A stretch of 61,640 bases of DNA from Octopus bimaculoides (GCF_001194135.2 NC_068990.1:87692844-87754483), one strand, 5' to 3'; positions 11,100-23,568 are shown, numbered from the stretch's first letter. Numbers and translations: made by a program. Notes: generated from the sequence alone by a model not told the origin.

Positions 11100-11555
11100 A
11101 CTCAGTGCCAAAGTTATTTCATTCGACAAAATTACTCAATAGAGAAGGAGTTGGGTGGGTGTGAGGCAGGAGGAAGAAGAGGTCGGGCTGATCTCTGCGG
11201 GAGAAGGTAGGCCTCTCTATTCCTCTTACAAAACTTACTTCCGGATGCCAAATTTGCCTCAATCGATGGCATTATTCGGGTAGAGGGGGGACAGGGGCAG
11301 AAGGAGGAGGTCAAGCATTGTCCCTTTAGGGGGTTATAGGCCACCCTATTCCTTCTGCCAAAGTTACCTCAATTGATGGAATTTCTCTGAAAATAGGGGG
11401 GTGGGGAGGGACTAAACATATATATAAACCAGCCTAGAGACCTCCCCCCCCCCATGAACACCCCTACAAAGTTTCATGCCGATCGGCCCAACCGTTTGGC
11501 CGTGACAGACGGACAGGCGGACAGGCGGACATTACGCCCATTATAGTATGGTTAG
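11100..11555 (-). mobile_element. Helitron/DINE-like 5' terminal region
   Basis: Minus strand begins CATACTATAAT...GTCCGCCTGTCCGCCTGTCCGTCTGTC...ACGGTTGGGCCGATCGGCATGAAACTTTG, the usual layout of non-autonomous Helitron 5' ends; internal direct repeats with a TGCCAAA(G/T)TT core at about 11106, 11246-11273, 11356-11383; same strand as the helicase fragment. Confidence 0.65.
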
Positions 11556-11784
11556 TGGGAAATGAATTGTCTATGAAGAAGGCGAAGCCGCGGAGAGAAT
11601 GCTTTTGACCGAGGCCCGCTGGAGCATGATTGACCTCGTCTTAAACAACGACGACAACAACAATAACGTATATTAAATCATTCAAGATTGCTTTTTAATG
11701 CTTCTGCCATTCTTATTGCTTTATATTGTCCTATGATTTCTAATTTTAGCATCAATCTAAAAATTTCGTGGAAAAGCACAATGG

Positions 11785-11910
11785 AGTGGATCGATCCTAT
11801 TATATGATCGATCCTATTATATGATTGATTCTCTAATTATAATCTCTCTTTCGGGTGGATGGAAGGGTAAAGTCGAGTTTGGTGAAATTTGGACCCGGAC
11901 ATAAAAGAAC
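11785..11910 (-). mobile_element. Degenerate SINE family D
   Basis: GGATGGAAGGGTAAAGTCGAGTTTGGTGAAATTTGGACCC resembles the family D core; a 17-bp GATCGATCCTATTATAT duplication lies at its edge. Confidence 0.55.
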
Positions 11911-12097
11911 TTAATCATAAGTCGCTATAATATTTATGTCATCCAGCTCTCTTTGTATCATCGATATAACACATTCAATAATTTCAATTATACATCACTC
12001 GTATAATTGTGTATGTATTACCATTGTTTTTCAGTTATTCCTAAAAAAAAAAGAAACAAAGCATTATTCTTAGTACTTAAATATCGATAACACTAAT

Positions 12098-12950
12098 TAC
12101 GAGGTGGTATCAAAAAGTTTCCGGACAAGTTTTGTTTAATAAAAAGAAAATAACTTATTTACCAAAGTTTTAACATCATCTCCTTCGAAATAATCCCCTT
12201 GTGCAGCAATACACCGGTCCCAGCGCTCCAGCCACTATTGGAATCCGGCCTGTAAGTCGTTTTCCGTAAGCGAGTCGAGGACCTTCTGCGATTCGCTCTT
12301 GTTCTCAACAACGATGTTAAAACGGCGACCTTTGAACTGAATTTTCATCTTGGGGAAGAGTTGGAAGTTCGCAGATTCTAAATCTGGTGAATAGGGTGGG
12401 TACAGAAGCGATACCATGTTGTTTTTGGCGAGAAACTAATGAGTAAGGAGAGCTCGGGGACAGGGTGCATTGCCATCATGAAGAATCCAATTCTTCGCCA
12501 TCCACAGACCCGATCGCTTTCGCCGAATGTTCTCCCTCAAACACTTCAAAATGTCGCAGTAGAACTCTTGTTTGACGGTCTGGCCCCGAGGGACAAATTC
12601 TCGATTAGCAATACGGTGGATGTCAAGAACAACGATAAGCATGTTCTTGATTGAGCTGCGGCTCTGTCGTGCGACCATGCCATTCGAAACATTGCGTACG
12701 ACCCATTGTCTCTTTGCCATAAGCTTGTCGAAGCATGCTCAATGTCTCTGTAGCAGACTTCCCAACTTCCTGTCCATGGCAAAAACCACAGACTACAGCA
12801 CACACGTGATCACAAAAACACAAATTTCACAACTTGCGAAGTAAACACAGCGATGCCACTCGGCACACTGTCTCATGAACGTCACTGCTTGGTCTCACTG
12901 CGCATGCGACTGTGTGTGTTGTCATCTGTTGGCGCATTACAGAACTAGCC
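12098..12950 (-). mobile_element. Internally deleted mariner transposon
   Basis: TA (12098-99) + TIR CGAGGTGGTATCAAAAAGTTTCCGGAC; fragments GKSATETLSMLRQAYGKETMGRTQCFEWH (HTH), EFVPRGQTVKQEFYCDILKCLRENIRRKR...WILHDGNAP and PPYSPDLESANFQLFPKMK; WVPH/DETW region missing; other TIR largely lost near 12950. Confidence 0.93.
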
Positions 12951-13879
12951 CACTACGTATATGTCGAACTTTAAAGAAGTAAAATATTGTACATTTTTAT
13001 TGTTTCACTTGTATTTGCAAAACACACTTTAGCTGGTCATTTTATTTATTTTTTTTTTTTTCGTCTGAAAAACCCAACTGTTTCATGATCACTACCGAGA
13101 CATTTGGTAGCTTAATCAGGAGCGCTAACATGAATACATTAATTCGTAATCTGGTGAGAAGTTGTGGGTTTCGTAGCCGCTGTCTGCAAATAGTCTCTTC
13201 AAATAAATTTTAACATCCGCAAGGCAGTTAATCTCAATAAAGTACATAATTTTTCTTTACCGTCCCAAACAACTATAGCAGGATTATTATGCATGTATTT
13301 ACGTACTTATGTATGTATTTATGTATCTATGTACGTGCGTTCGTATGCATGTGTAAGTATTGTGTAGATGTATGTTTTATGTACGCATGTATTGCGCGCA
13401 CCTGTGTGTGTGAGTGAAAATAGGGAAATGCGAAAAGAATACAAGAAAAAAAAACATACGGGATAGCATTTAAACGTTTATAAGATCAAAGTAAAAATCT
13501 AAAGTTATAAATAACGAAACGTTTTCATCGTTTCATTTACTTTCATTGATGTAGTAAACAATCAATATTTTCTTAGGTTTTGTAGAATTATAATAACTGT
13601 AATGATATTGTCGTAACAGCATAAGTTAGACTGGCGACCGCAAGTGACAAAGAGGTGAATCTAAGTTTAAGAATGGAGACAGAAAGTAAGAGAGAAGGTT
13701 GTCGCAGTGAAAGAGGACTATAAAGAATGAGCTGTGGGTTTTGAGCAAAAATATCGTTCAACGCGTACAATAGGAACGACAAGACAATTAAGATATTTCG
13801 AAATTGTAGTCTTTTAAGCGACATCGCCAGAGTTTTGGTTACATATATAGATATACTTACTTTACGATCATTAAATATA

Positions 13880-14020
13880 TGTATATGTATGTATTTATGC
13901 ATTACATGTGTATACATACATGCATACATACATAAATACATACGTACATACATACATACATACATACATACATACATAGGCACACGCACACTCACACACA
14001 CACACAACATATATATATAC
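13880..14020. repeat. (TA)/(TACA)n/(CA)n microsatellites
   Basis: Visible runs. Confidence 0.9.
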
Positions 14021-15293
14021 TGAACTACAAAAGAAACGTCGCAATATAAAAGATTATCTATTTCACACACGATATTGAGATTATATAGATTCTATCATGT
14101 TTCTAGGTAACTTGACATCAGGAAGATGTCACTGACCCACAATACCATTCTCATTTGAAATCATAAGGATTGCATGTAGGGTTCGAACTCGCTCACTTTT
14201 CATGAATATGGTAATGCTCACGAATGCATCTTTATGAAAAGTATGATGCAAGCACAGATCGTTGACTTATTGAGTACACTGCTTGCTTAGTTTCTTCTAA
14301 AGCCTCAGAGATCTCAGCTCATTCCTAAGGATGTTTGTAATTTTCATTCATATAAGACTCAATCAATAGTTGTTTTGATTTAGTGATGAACACTGTAAAC
14401 TAAGATATATAGGTTCTCTTCTGGAAAACCAAGACTTTGATGTGATGTCCTCCCTAAGACGCGGTCGAAGAGGTTTCATCCATTCAATTAATATCCTCAA
14501 AAAATATATTAACGTCACAGCCTCCATTACTGTTCCTTCACATAAAATGCCGTGCCTTACTGGTTTAAGGACCGAGAAAACAGAGCAGCGATATTTTCAT
14601 AAAAACACACACAATGAATTTTGATTTTACTCTCGTACTGAGATCAATTTCTATGGTTTGAGTTACATTTTTATCCTTCATGAGATCGTCATTAAATAAA
14701 GATCAATCAATTTATTTAGCTCTTCCTTCCCCCACTGCGTCAACATAAACGACTGCTCCTTAATAATTAAGAAAATAATATATGTACGAGTAAAACCACG
14801 TCTGCCGCTGGTTTAGCAGGTAACCCGCTCTGTCAGGTGAATAAATTAATATATATATTTCTGTTGATTCTGCCAAATGTTCTATGGCAAGAGAGAGATG
14901 TCTTGCTGTGATTCAGTAAGTCATTTTCTTTTTAGTTTTGTTTTTTCTTTTCAGAGAAACATTTTGCCAGAGTCAACAGAAATTATTAGCAATTTCTTTC
15001 CACTGACAACACTCATAAATGTCATGTAATATATTGTGTAAAAAACAGCAAGANNNNNNNNNNNNNNNNNNNNNNNNNNNNNNNNNNNNNNNNNNNNNNN
15101 NNNNNNNNNNNNNNNNNNNNNNNNNNNNNNNNNNNNNNNNNNNNNNNNNNNNNNNNNNNNNNNNNNNNNNNNNNNNNNNNNNNNNNNNNNNNNNNNNNNN
15201 NNNNNNNNNNNNNNNNNNNNNNNNNNNNNNNNNNNNNNNNNNNNNNNNNNNNNNNNNNNNNNNNNNNNNNNNNNNNNNNNNNNNNNNNNNNNN

Positions 15294-15333
<40 letters not shown>

Positions 15334-15435
15334 GTACGTATATATGTATGTATGCGTATGTGCTTATATACATTTACACATATATATGTTATATATACAT
15401 GTATATAACTAAAAATATATATATGTATGTATATT

Positions 15436-15469
<34 letters not shown>

Positions 15470-15605
15470 TCTGTGTGTGTGTGTGTGTGTATGTTGCANN
15501 NNNNNNNNNNNNNNNNNNNNNNNNNNNNNNNNNNNNNNNNNNNNNNNNNNNNNNAAAAAAAAAACAAGAAGAGAAACAAAGAAACAAAAGTAGTTTACTT
15601 CTCAT

Positions 15606-15606
<1 letters not shown>

Positions 15607-15645
<39 letters not shown>

Positions 15646-15690
15646 CAACAACAACAACACTACCACTACTACTATTGTCACCACCATCAA

Positions 15691-15763
<73 letters not shown>

Positions 15764-15765
15764 AT
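15607..15765. repeat. Compound (CTA)n-(CAA)n-(CTA)n-(CTG)n
   Basis: Visible runs. Confidence 0.93.
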
Positions 15766-16247
15766 ACTGCTGCTGCTATACTGCCGTCGTTGCTCATGTC
15801 TGCTCTGATCTTTATCATCTTTTCCTGTGTGTAGTTTACCAATCGCCACATTATTCAACGTTATTTTCTAAGACGTTGGAGGTGTGAATTGAGGAAGATT
15901 TGGCTACTATTTATAGCAGATCAGTTGTCCTTAGTCGGTTCGTAAATATATTTATCGCGCCTTTGTAATGTATGACGAAGACATTGGAGAGAAGAGAGAA
16001 AGAAGAGTTCTCCCTCAAACCAACTCACCTCTTCGCGTTTTATTTGCATCTGCTGAAGTATATGGAAAGTGGAGAAAGGCCAAATGGCGAGGCTGTCACT
16101 GGCTGGTGTCTTGTTTCCAGCTCTGTGTTCTGCTCTTGACCTAAGGTCAGAGCACTCACCATTTAAATAGAAGAATCTATCGAGCTCCCAGTAAGTTGTT
16201 GCTGAATGGTTTTGTTGTTGTTGTTATTGTTGATCCTGTACCTTTTA

Positions 16248-16592
16248 TCTTTTACTTGTTTCAGTCATTAGACTGCGGCCATGCTGGGGCACCACCTTGA
16301 AGAATTTTTAGTCGGATGAATCGACACCAATACTTTATTTTTTTTTTAAAGCCTCGTACTTATTCTATTGGCCTCTTCTTTTTTTTGCCGAATCGCTAGG
16401 TTACAGGGATGTAAACACACCAACACTGGTTATCAAAACACAAAGACACACACACACACATACACATATATATACGAAGGGCTTCTTTCAGTTTCCGTCT
16501 ACGAAATCCACTCACAATGCTTTGGTTGGCATTAAGCTATAGTATAAAACACTTACTCAGTTGCCACGCAATGACATTGAACCCGGAACCAT
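16248..16592 (-). mobile_element. Composite SINE A + (GT)n + B, head truncated
   Basis: Reverse complement of the layout at 3871-4238; ends at GAACCCGGAACCAT with the A-box portion absent. Confidence 0.87.
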
Positions 16593-16593
16593 C

Positions 16594-16757
16594 CTTACAT
16601 CGATCCCAGAAATCAACTGATACTTATTTTATCGATCTCGAAAGGATGAAAGGCAAATTCGACCTCAACGAAATTTGAACTCAGAACCTAAAGACGGACG
16701 AAATGCCGCTAAGCATTTTGTTCGGCGCGCTAACGATTCTGCCAGCTCGCCGCCCTT
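16594..16757 (-). mobile_element. tRNA-derived SINE family D, well preserved
   Basis: Minus: AAGGGCGGCGAGCTGGCAGAATCGTTAG...GAGTTCAAATTTCGTTGAGGTCGAATTTGCCTTTCATCCTTTCGAGATCGATAAAATAAGTATCAG. Confidence 0.87.
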
Positions 16758-16939
16758 GACATGGGAGCAGCAAGCGCCCACACTCTCTACACTTAACAAA
16801 ATAAACATTATTGTACTCCAGTCACCCTAAACACAAATAATTTGCAATTAGAACCTTAAAGTCGCTATAAATACTTGATCTCACTCACTATCATTAAGGA
16901 TTTCTCCAGGCGAATGCATGTCATTAACATAACAGAAAT

Positions 16940-17430
16940 TAATTTTACGCTTCAGTGCGAGAAAATAATTGACACCCGTTCCACACAACACCTACTGATC
17001 TTTTGCATAACTTAGGTGAAATCCACGATGAAGAAGTACTGCTTTCATATCTGGGACAATGCTGTTACACACAGACATGCTATACCGCCTTCAAAGAAAA
17101 GCCTATCAACTTATTAAATACTCTGCTCACAAATACACAATAACCTCTGACCCACAGTTATGCTTCTGTTTCCTTTGCCATTACTACTGCTACTGCAATT
17201 GTCTCTTTTTCTTCAAGACTAACTGGCCTGCCTTGTTGAAGCTCCCCTAAGGTACTCTCAATTCAATCATCCCTCTTTTCGTCATCCATATTGTGCTTGG
17301 TAGACCGTGCACTAACCACTACGCCCAGTTATTCCTCCCTAAGAATATTGACTCTCACTAATTCCCATTATGTACATGCTACTCCAGCCGTACTTGATTT
17401 GCTTCTAGTCAATAAGGAAATTTGCCGCGT
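16940..17430 (+). mobile_element. CR1/L2-group LINE 3' coding relic
   Basis: LLIFCIT*VKSTMKKYCFHIWDNAVTHTDMLYRLQRKAYQLI (cf. LYKAQVRP.MEYCSHIW..A...LDRIQRKA.RLI), FLCHYY, RPCTNHYAQLFLP. Confidence 0.72.
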
Positions 17431-18424
17431 CAATCGCAAAGTTTCGGAGGCCCTGTGTAAGTCTCGGGTTCAGCTCTTTCCCTCAAATCGAGCCAATAAT
17501 AAATAAAAATTGTTTTGGACAAGAAATAAACTCTATTTGCTGTTGTGAATGTCAGCTTCCCAATGGATATAAAGATTTCATGTTAAATCTGTTGAAAATA
17601 TCTATGGTCAACTCCGATATCCAGATGAGAAACGTAAATTTGTATCTATAATCTTTGTTCATTCAGTAATATTTCAATGTTTAAGTGAAACTCATAAAAA
17701 GTTGTGCTTTGCAGATCAAGCAACCAAACACCTCCGCTATTATGCAAATTTAATATTTAAGCAGAACGGTGAAGATATGCAAGACTTATCTCAAATTCGC
17801 CTGTAACACCGTAACAGCTGTTGATATCTAAATGCTAAAAGTAGAATTTTGTTTTATGGTTAGAAATCAGCCCAGTTTTGAACAATGAATTACAAGAATT
17901 AAGAAGAAATACATTCACAAACATTTGTAAAGATATATGCACATAAAGATTTCTTTGATAAAATTAGCATTTAGTCTCTACGTGGACGCTACAAATGCAA
18001 GAAATAACAAACCAAACCCCTTCAAACTACACCCGCAATTCCTTAAAAAGAAAACACATACTGGATAACGTAGCCATGGATAAAGTATAGTTAAAAATAG
18101 TCTGTTTATGCAAGAGTAGCCACGAGCTAAACAACAGCATAAATAACATAACATACAGCATAACAATACTTGTGTCTACGGCCGTGCAGAGAATCTCAGA
18201 TAAGTGTAGTTTTAACAGAGTCAATTCAGCATTGCCAGATCCCAAACAATTTGCTAATGTGATTTAGGAACGCTATCGATTGTATCACTTGGGTATATTT
18301 GAGATTTTAGTGCTTTGGCACTATAACAATAATAAACATTTGTTAAATTGATTATACTGCATGACTTTAGGCTTTATGGTAGAGATTAAACCTTCCGAAC
18401 AATCGTCAGACGACAGAAAATTTC

Positions 18425-18485
18425 ATACGTATGTATGTATGTATGTATGTATGTATGTATGTATGTATGTATGTATGTATGTATA
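18425..18485. repeat. (ATGT)n microsatellite
   Basis: Visible. Confidence 0.95.
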
Positions 18486-18741
18486 CGAATGAGTGTATGT
18501 GCGACTGGTGAGTGTAAGTGTGCGCGCTTGTGCTGCTCGTCACCAGACTGTAAGATGGAGACGAGCAAGCCGAACTTCAAAATCACGTTTTCTTGGAAAT
18601 AAAAAACTTCAGTAATCTTTCAATTTAATGTGAAATATTAAATTGGCTTTACATAAAACTTCACGTAAAAACCAACACGTTGTGTATATGTGTGTGTGTG
18701 TGTGTGTGCGTGTGTGAGTGTGTTTGAATTTATATATATAT

Positions 18742-18813
<72 letters not shown>

Positions 18814-19794
18814 NNNNNNNNNNNNNNNNNNNNNNNNNNNNNNNNNNNNNNNNNNNNNNNNNNNNNNNNNNNNNNNNNNNNNNNNNNNNNNNNNNNNNNN
18901 NNNNNNNNNNNNNNNNNNNNNNNNNNNNNNNNNNNNNNNNNNNNNNNNNNNNNNNNNNNNNNNNNNNNNNNNNNNNNNNNNNNNNNNNNNNNNNNNNNNN
19001 NNNNNNNNNNNNNNNNNNNNNNNNNNNNNNNNNNNNNNNNNNNNNNNNNNNNNNNNNNNNNNNNNNNNNNNNNNNNNNNNNNNNNNNNNNNNNNNNNNNN
19101 NNNNNNNNNNNNNNNNNNNNNNNNNNNNNNNNNNNNNNNNNNNNNNNNNNNNNNNNNNNNNNNNNNNNNNNNNNNNNNNNNNNNNNNNNNNNNNNNNNNN
19201 NNNNNNNNNNNNNNNNNNNNNNNNNNNNNNNNNNNNNNNNNNNNNNNNNNNNNNNNNNNNNNNNNNNNNNNNNNNNNNNNNNNNNNNNNNNNNNNNNNNN
19301 NNNNNNNNNNNNNNNNNNNNNNNNNNNNNNNNNNNNNNNNNNNNNNNNNNNNNNNNNNNNNNNNNNNNNNNNNNNNNNNNNNNNNNNNNNNNNNNNNNNN
19401 NNNNNNNNNNNNNNNNNNNNNNNNNNNNNNNNNNNNNNNNNNNNNNNNNNNNNNNNNNNNNNNNNNNNNNNNNNNNNNNNNNNNNNNNNNNNNNNNNNNN
19501 NNNNNNNNNNNNNNNNNNNNNNNNNNNNNNNNNNNNNNNNNNNNNNNNNNNNNNNNNNNNNNNNNNNNNNNNNNNNNNNNNNNNNNNNNNNNNNNNNNNN
19601 NNNNNNNNNNNNNNNNNNNNNNNNNNNNNNNNNNNNNNNNNNNNNNNNNNNNNNNNNNNNNNNNNNNNNNNNNNNNNNNNNNNNNNNNNNTTATGTTGCA
19701 TATACATGTACGTATAAAGGAAGAGAGGGATAATTTCCTAAACTCCTTTTACCATAAAATGAAACACATCATTCCCAGCAGAATACGAACTCCA

Positions 19795-19878
<84 letters not shown>

Positions 19879-20114
19879 AACCCCCGCCTAAAACAAAACA
19901 AAACCGGTTTCTTGTGATGCAACGCAATAATAATTTACAAAATGGCTTTCATCTGAAATAGTGTGCTACTAATGGTATTTATATTATTTCTATTGACTTG
20001 TCTTTTTTCCCATGTAAACAATGACATTTCAATTATATAACAATATTGTGCTTTACTTAATAATAATGTTCTACATGCCTCGTTCTACTAACTGCAGCAT
20101 ACCTCTATAACATA

Positions 20115-20548
20115 TACATGCCCATATGTGTGTGTTTAAATGTATGCATGCATGTATGTATGTACGTACGTATGTATGTATGTATGTACGTCTGTATGTA
20201 TGTATGTATACATGCATGCATGTACGTATGTATGTATGTATGTATCTATGTGTGTGTGCATGTTGCATATGCATTTGTGTGTGTGCGTGTGTATATGTGT
20301 GTTTGTGTGTGTTTTGTGTTTGTGTGTGTATGTACATATGTGTGTGTGTATGTGTTTGTGTTGCATCTGTGTGCGTTCATATGTGTATGTTTGCGTGTGT
20401 GTTTGTGTGTATGTTTGTTGCATGTGTGTGTATGTGTTTGTGTTGTATCTGTATGTGTATTTCATATGTGTATATTTGCGTGTGTGTATGTGTGTGTTTG
20501 TGTGTGTCTTTGAGTTTGTGGGTGTATGTATGTGTGTGTGCGTGCGTG

Positions 20549-20608
<60 letters not shown>

Positions 20609-20626
20609 CGTGCGTGTGCGTGTGTG
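20115..20626. repeat. Long degenerate (TGTA)n/(TG)n tract
   Basis: Visible; source of the CV/YM ORFs. Confidence 0.93.
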
Positions 20627-20938
20627 AGGGTTTATTCTTTCCGTTGTTCTCAATGCCAGAAATAACCTCAGTATAGTTAAATACGTTGAGTAAGCAAAGA
20701 TTTGATATTCTTTGGCCAAAAAAACGTGGGAGAAACTGTGAACATTTGCGCTTTATTAGGCTCCATCGCTGATGGCATAGCCTTGCTGGGAGTGTAACCC
20801 TATAGAATGTTCATTAAAAGGAATGCCGAAGAGTAACGTAAAACGAGATTACTTCGTAAATTGATTATGAAGATTCGTTGACCACATTATTTAAGTAATA
20901 GATTCCCTGACATGTAACTGATAATGATATTTTTCAGG

Positions 20939-20939
20939 A

Positions 20940-20989
<50 letters not shown>

Positions 20990-21001
20990 GCCTATCTGTC
21001 A

Positions 21002-21039
<38 letters not shown>

Positions 21040-21062
21040 TTATCTATCTAACTGTCTATCTA
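20939..21062. repeat. (TATC)n-(TGTC)n-(TATC)n
   Basis: Visible. Confidence 0.93.
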
Positions 21063-21139
21063 TATAACTCGCTATCTCTCGATTTTTCTACCTTTCTCCC
21101 TCTAGCTCTCCCTCAACAAATATATATGTATGTGTGTGC

Positions 21140-21184
<45 letters not shown>

Positions 21185-22818
21185 ATATATAAATCGTGGT
21201 CACAGCCTTTGGGCTGAAACGCGTGAAATAACAAAAGAATAAATGTATGTATGTATATATATATATGTATGTATGTATATACATACATACATACATATAT
21301 ATATATATGTATGTATGTATATATATATATGTATGTATGTATATACATACATACATNNNNNNNNNNTATATATATATATATACTTACACACACACACACA
21401 CATGTATATAATATATTAGGATTCAGATGAATCAGATACTTAAATGGTAAGGCATCGGGTCGGGTCAAAATTGAAACACATACACAGTAACTATAGACAA
21501 ATACAAACACTGGTAGCGAAGTGCAACCAGAAAGATATTCAGGTTATGTATACAATTTAATGAATCCTACTGAATATATTACAAGCCCTTGGGTTAATCC
21601 AGAAATCACAAAATATGCACTTGCTGTGGATTTTTAAGTGTTTTTAAACATTCCCAGTGCTGTGATTCGTGTACTCATCTGAAGAATACGTTTTTTTATA
21701 ATGATGTAATGTACCCATTAATCAATTAATCAATTATAAAATTCGTTGGAAAATTGATACATATCTATCGTTTGCTATTTATTTACACTCACACACACAC
21801 ACACACATTTAAAAAGTTAAGCAGAGAAGGAGAAAATAGACGAAAACTGGGCGAAAACATAACGGACGAAAAGGAAGACAAAAACACGATAAAAGGAACA
21901 TTTGGAGCTGATTTTCTCATCAGCTGGTTTCCGAGGCGTCTTAGTGGTTTCGCGCTATTTAAAACCAAAACCACTGTCATCAACGGGAGCGCCAGAGTAA
22001 AGAGCTACAGTAAAAGGCTGACGAATGCGTGCAGGACAGGACAAAATAACATTGCGTGTACAATAAGATATACTGACAAGATATAACAGACAAGGAATGG
22101 CAAATATACTCTTGAAAATACCTTACGGCTGTACAATAAGCGAACGGAATAGTTATACATATACAGCACTAAAACAATACAATACTAACAGAAAAAGCCT
22201 TTTCGGCTATCACGGTAGACGTACTGAGGAAGCACAAAGAAATGGAAAAAGTCCTTGACGGACAGAACACACGTGTCTGGTTTGGTCAGCGGCCGTCCGA
22301 AAAAGAACGACGCGGTTTGACTGAACATGGGTCACGTGGTAGGAGAGAGGAGGAGAAGTGGTGGAGGGAGTAAAGAATGAGCACTTAAGGTATTGCGAGA
22401 CTAAAAATCTGGTGCAGAACTCAATACACCTATGCACCTGAGTTAGTCGAGTGCAGAGCGGTAAGAAGAAAAGAGATGACAAAGAAATAGACGACTATTT
22501 TATGAACTTCAGTAGCTTAAAGTCTATTGGCCAGTATGAACGGACCAATTCTGAGGTTACACCTGTAAAAATAAAAAAAAAGGTAACATAAAAAGAGAAG
22601 GGGCTCTCTACCCCTCCTGACCAGGTTCCCGTGGTTTTTATGGGTTTTTTTCCACGTATAACCTTTCAAAGCGCCTCCCCCTATTGGGAGTTTTATTTCT
22701 TATACTTTTCGCTGTTATTAATCTTTACGCGAACGTTTTCTTTTCGGACAAAACCCTTTGTACTTTTCGTCCTGTCTTTGTCCTTACATGTTTTTGATTT
22801 GTGGCCAATAAAACAAGA

Positions 22819-22819
<1 letters not shown>

Positions 22820-22901
<82 letters not shown>
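22820..22901. repeat. (TTA)n microsatellite
   Basis: Visible pure run. Confidence 0.97.
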
Positions 22902-22904
<3 letters not shown>

Positions 22905-23333
22905 GTCTCTTAATATATTTAAATACGCATACTCTGTGTTTATGACCATTTTTTAAAAAATGTATTCTTCGTTTTCAGTTTTTGACTGTTTCCTTTCTGT
23001 CAACACCTCTTTCATTGTCCTTCCCATATACTTTTCTTAACACCCATCCCNNNNNNNNNNNNNNNNNNNNNNNNNNNNNNNNNNNNNNNNNNNNNNNNNN
23101 NNNNNNNNNNNNNNNNNNNNNNNNNNNNNNNNNNNNNNNNNNNNNNNNNNNNNNNNNNNNNNNNNNNNNNNNNNNNNNNNNNNNNNNNNNNNNNNNNNNN
23201 NNNNNNNNNNNNNNNNNNNNNNNNNNNNNNNNNNNNNNNNNNNNNNNNNNNNNNNNNNNNNNNNNNNNNNNNNNNNNNNNNNNNNNNNNNNNNNNNNNNN
23301 NNNNNNNNNNNNNNNNNNNNNNNNNNNNNNNNN

Positions 23334-23402
<69 letters not shown>

Positions 23403-23404
<2 letters not shown>

Positions 23405-23568
23405 CGACGGGCTTCTTTCAGTTTCCGTCTATCAAATCCACTCACAAGGCTTTGGTCGGCCCGAGGCTAGAGTAGAAGATACTTGCCCATGGTGCCACGC
23501 AGTGGGACTGAATCCGGAACCATGTGGTTGGTAAGCAAGCTACTTACCACACAGCCACGCCTGCGCCT
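23403..23568 (-). mobile_element. Full-length, well-preserved SINE family A with (TA)n/(GT)n tail
   Basis: Minus: TAGGCGCAGGCGTGGCTGTGTGGTAAG (A-box)...GGATTCAGTCCC (B-box)...ATGGGCAAGTATCTTCTACT...GACGGAAACTGAAAGAAGCCCGTCGTA, then (TA)n(GT)n running into a gap. Confidence 0.92.

Noticed and set aside
11396-11410. G-quadruplex at GGGGGGTGGGGAGGG
   Set aside because: Only three separable G-tracts, and it lies within the Helitron-like element.
16594-16757. Naming SINE central domains (Nin, Meta, CORE, V, Ceph) or published family names
   Set aside because: The cores look like conserved SINE domains, but I cannot verify which without alignment, so neutral labels A-E are used.
16593-16762. CCTTACAT / CCTTGACAT as a TSD around SINE D
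   Set aside because: Both strings overlap SINE D's own terminal sequence, so they are not independent target duplications.
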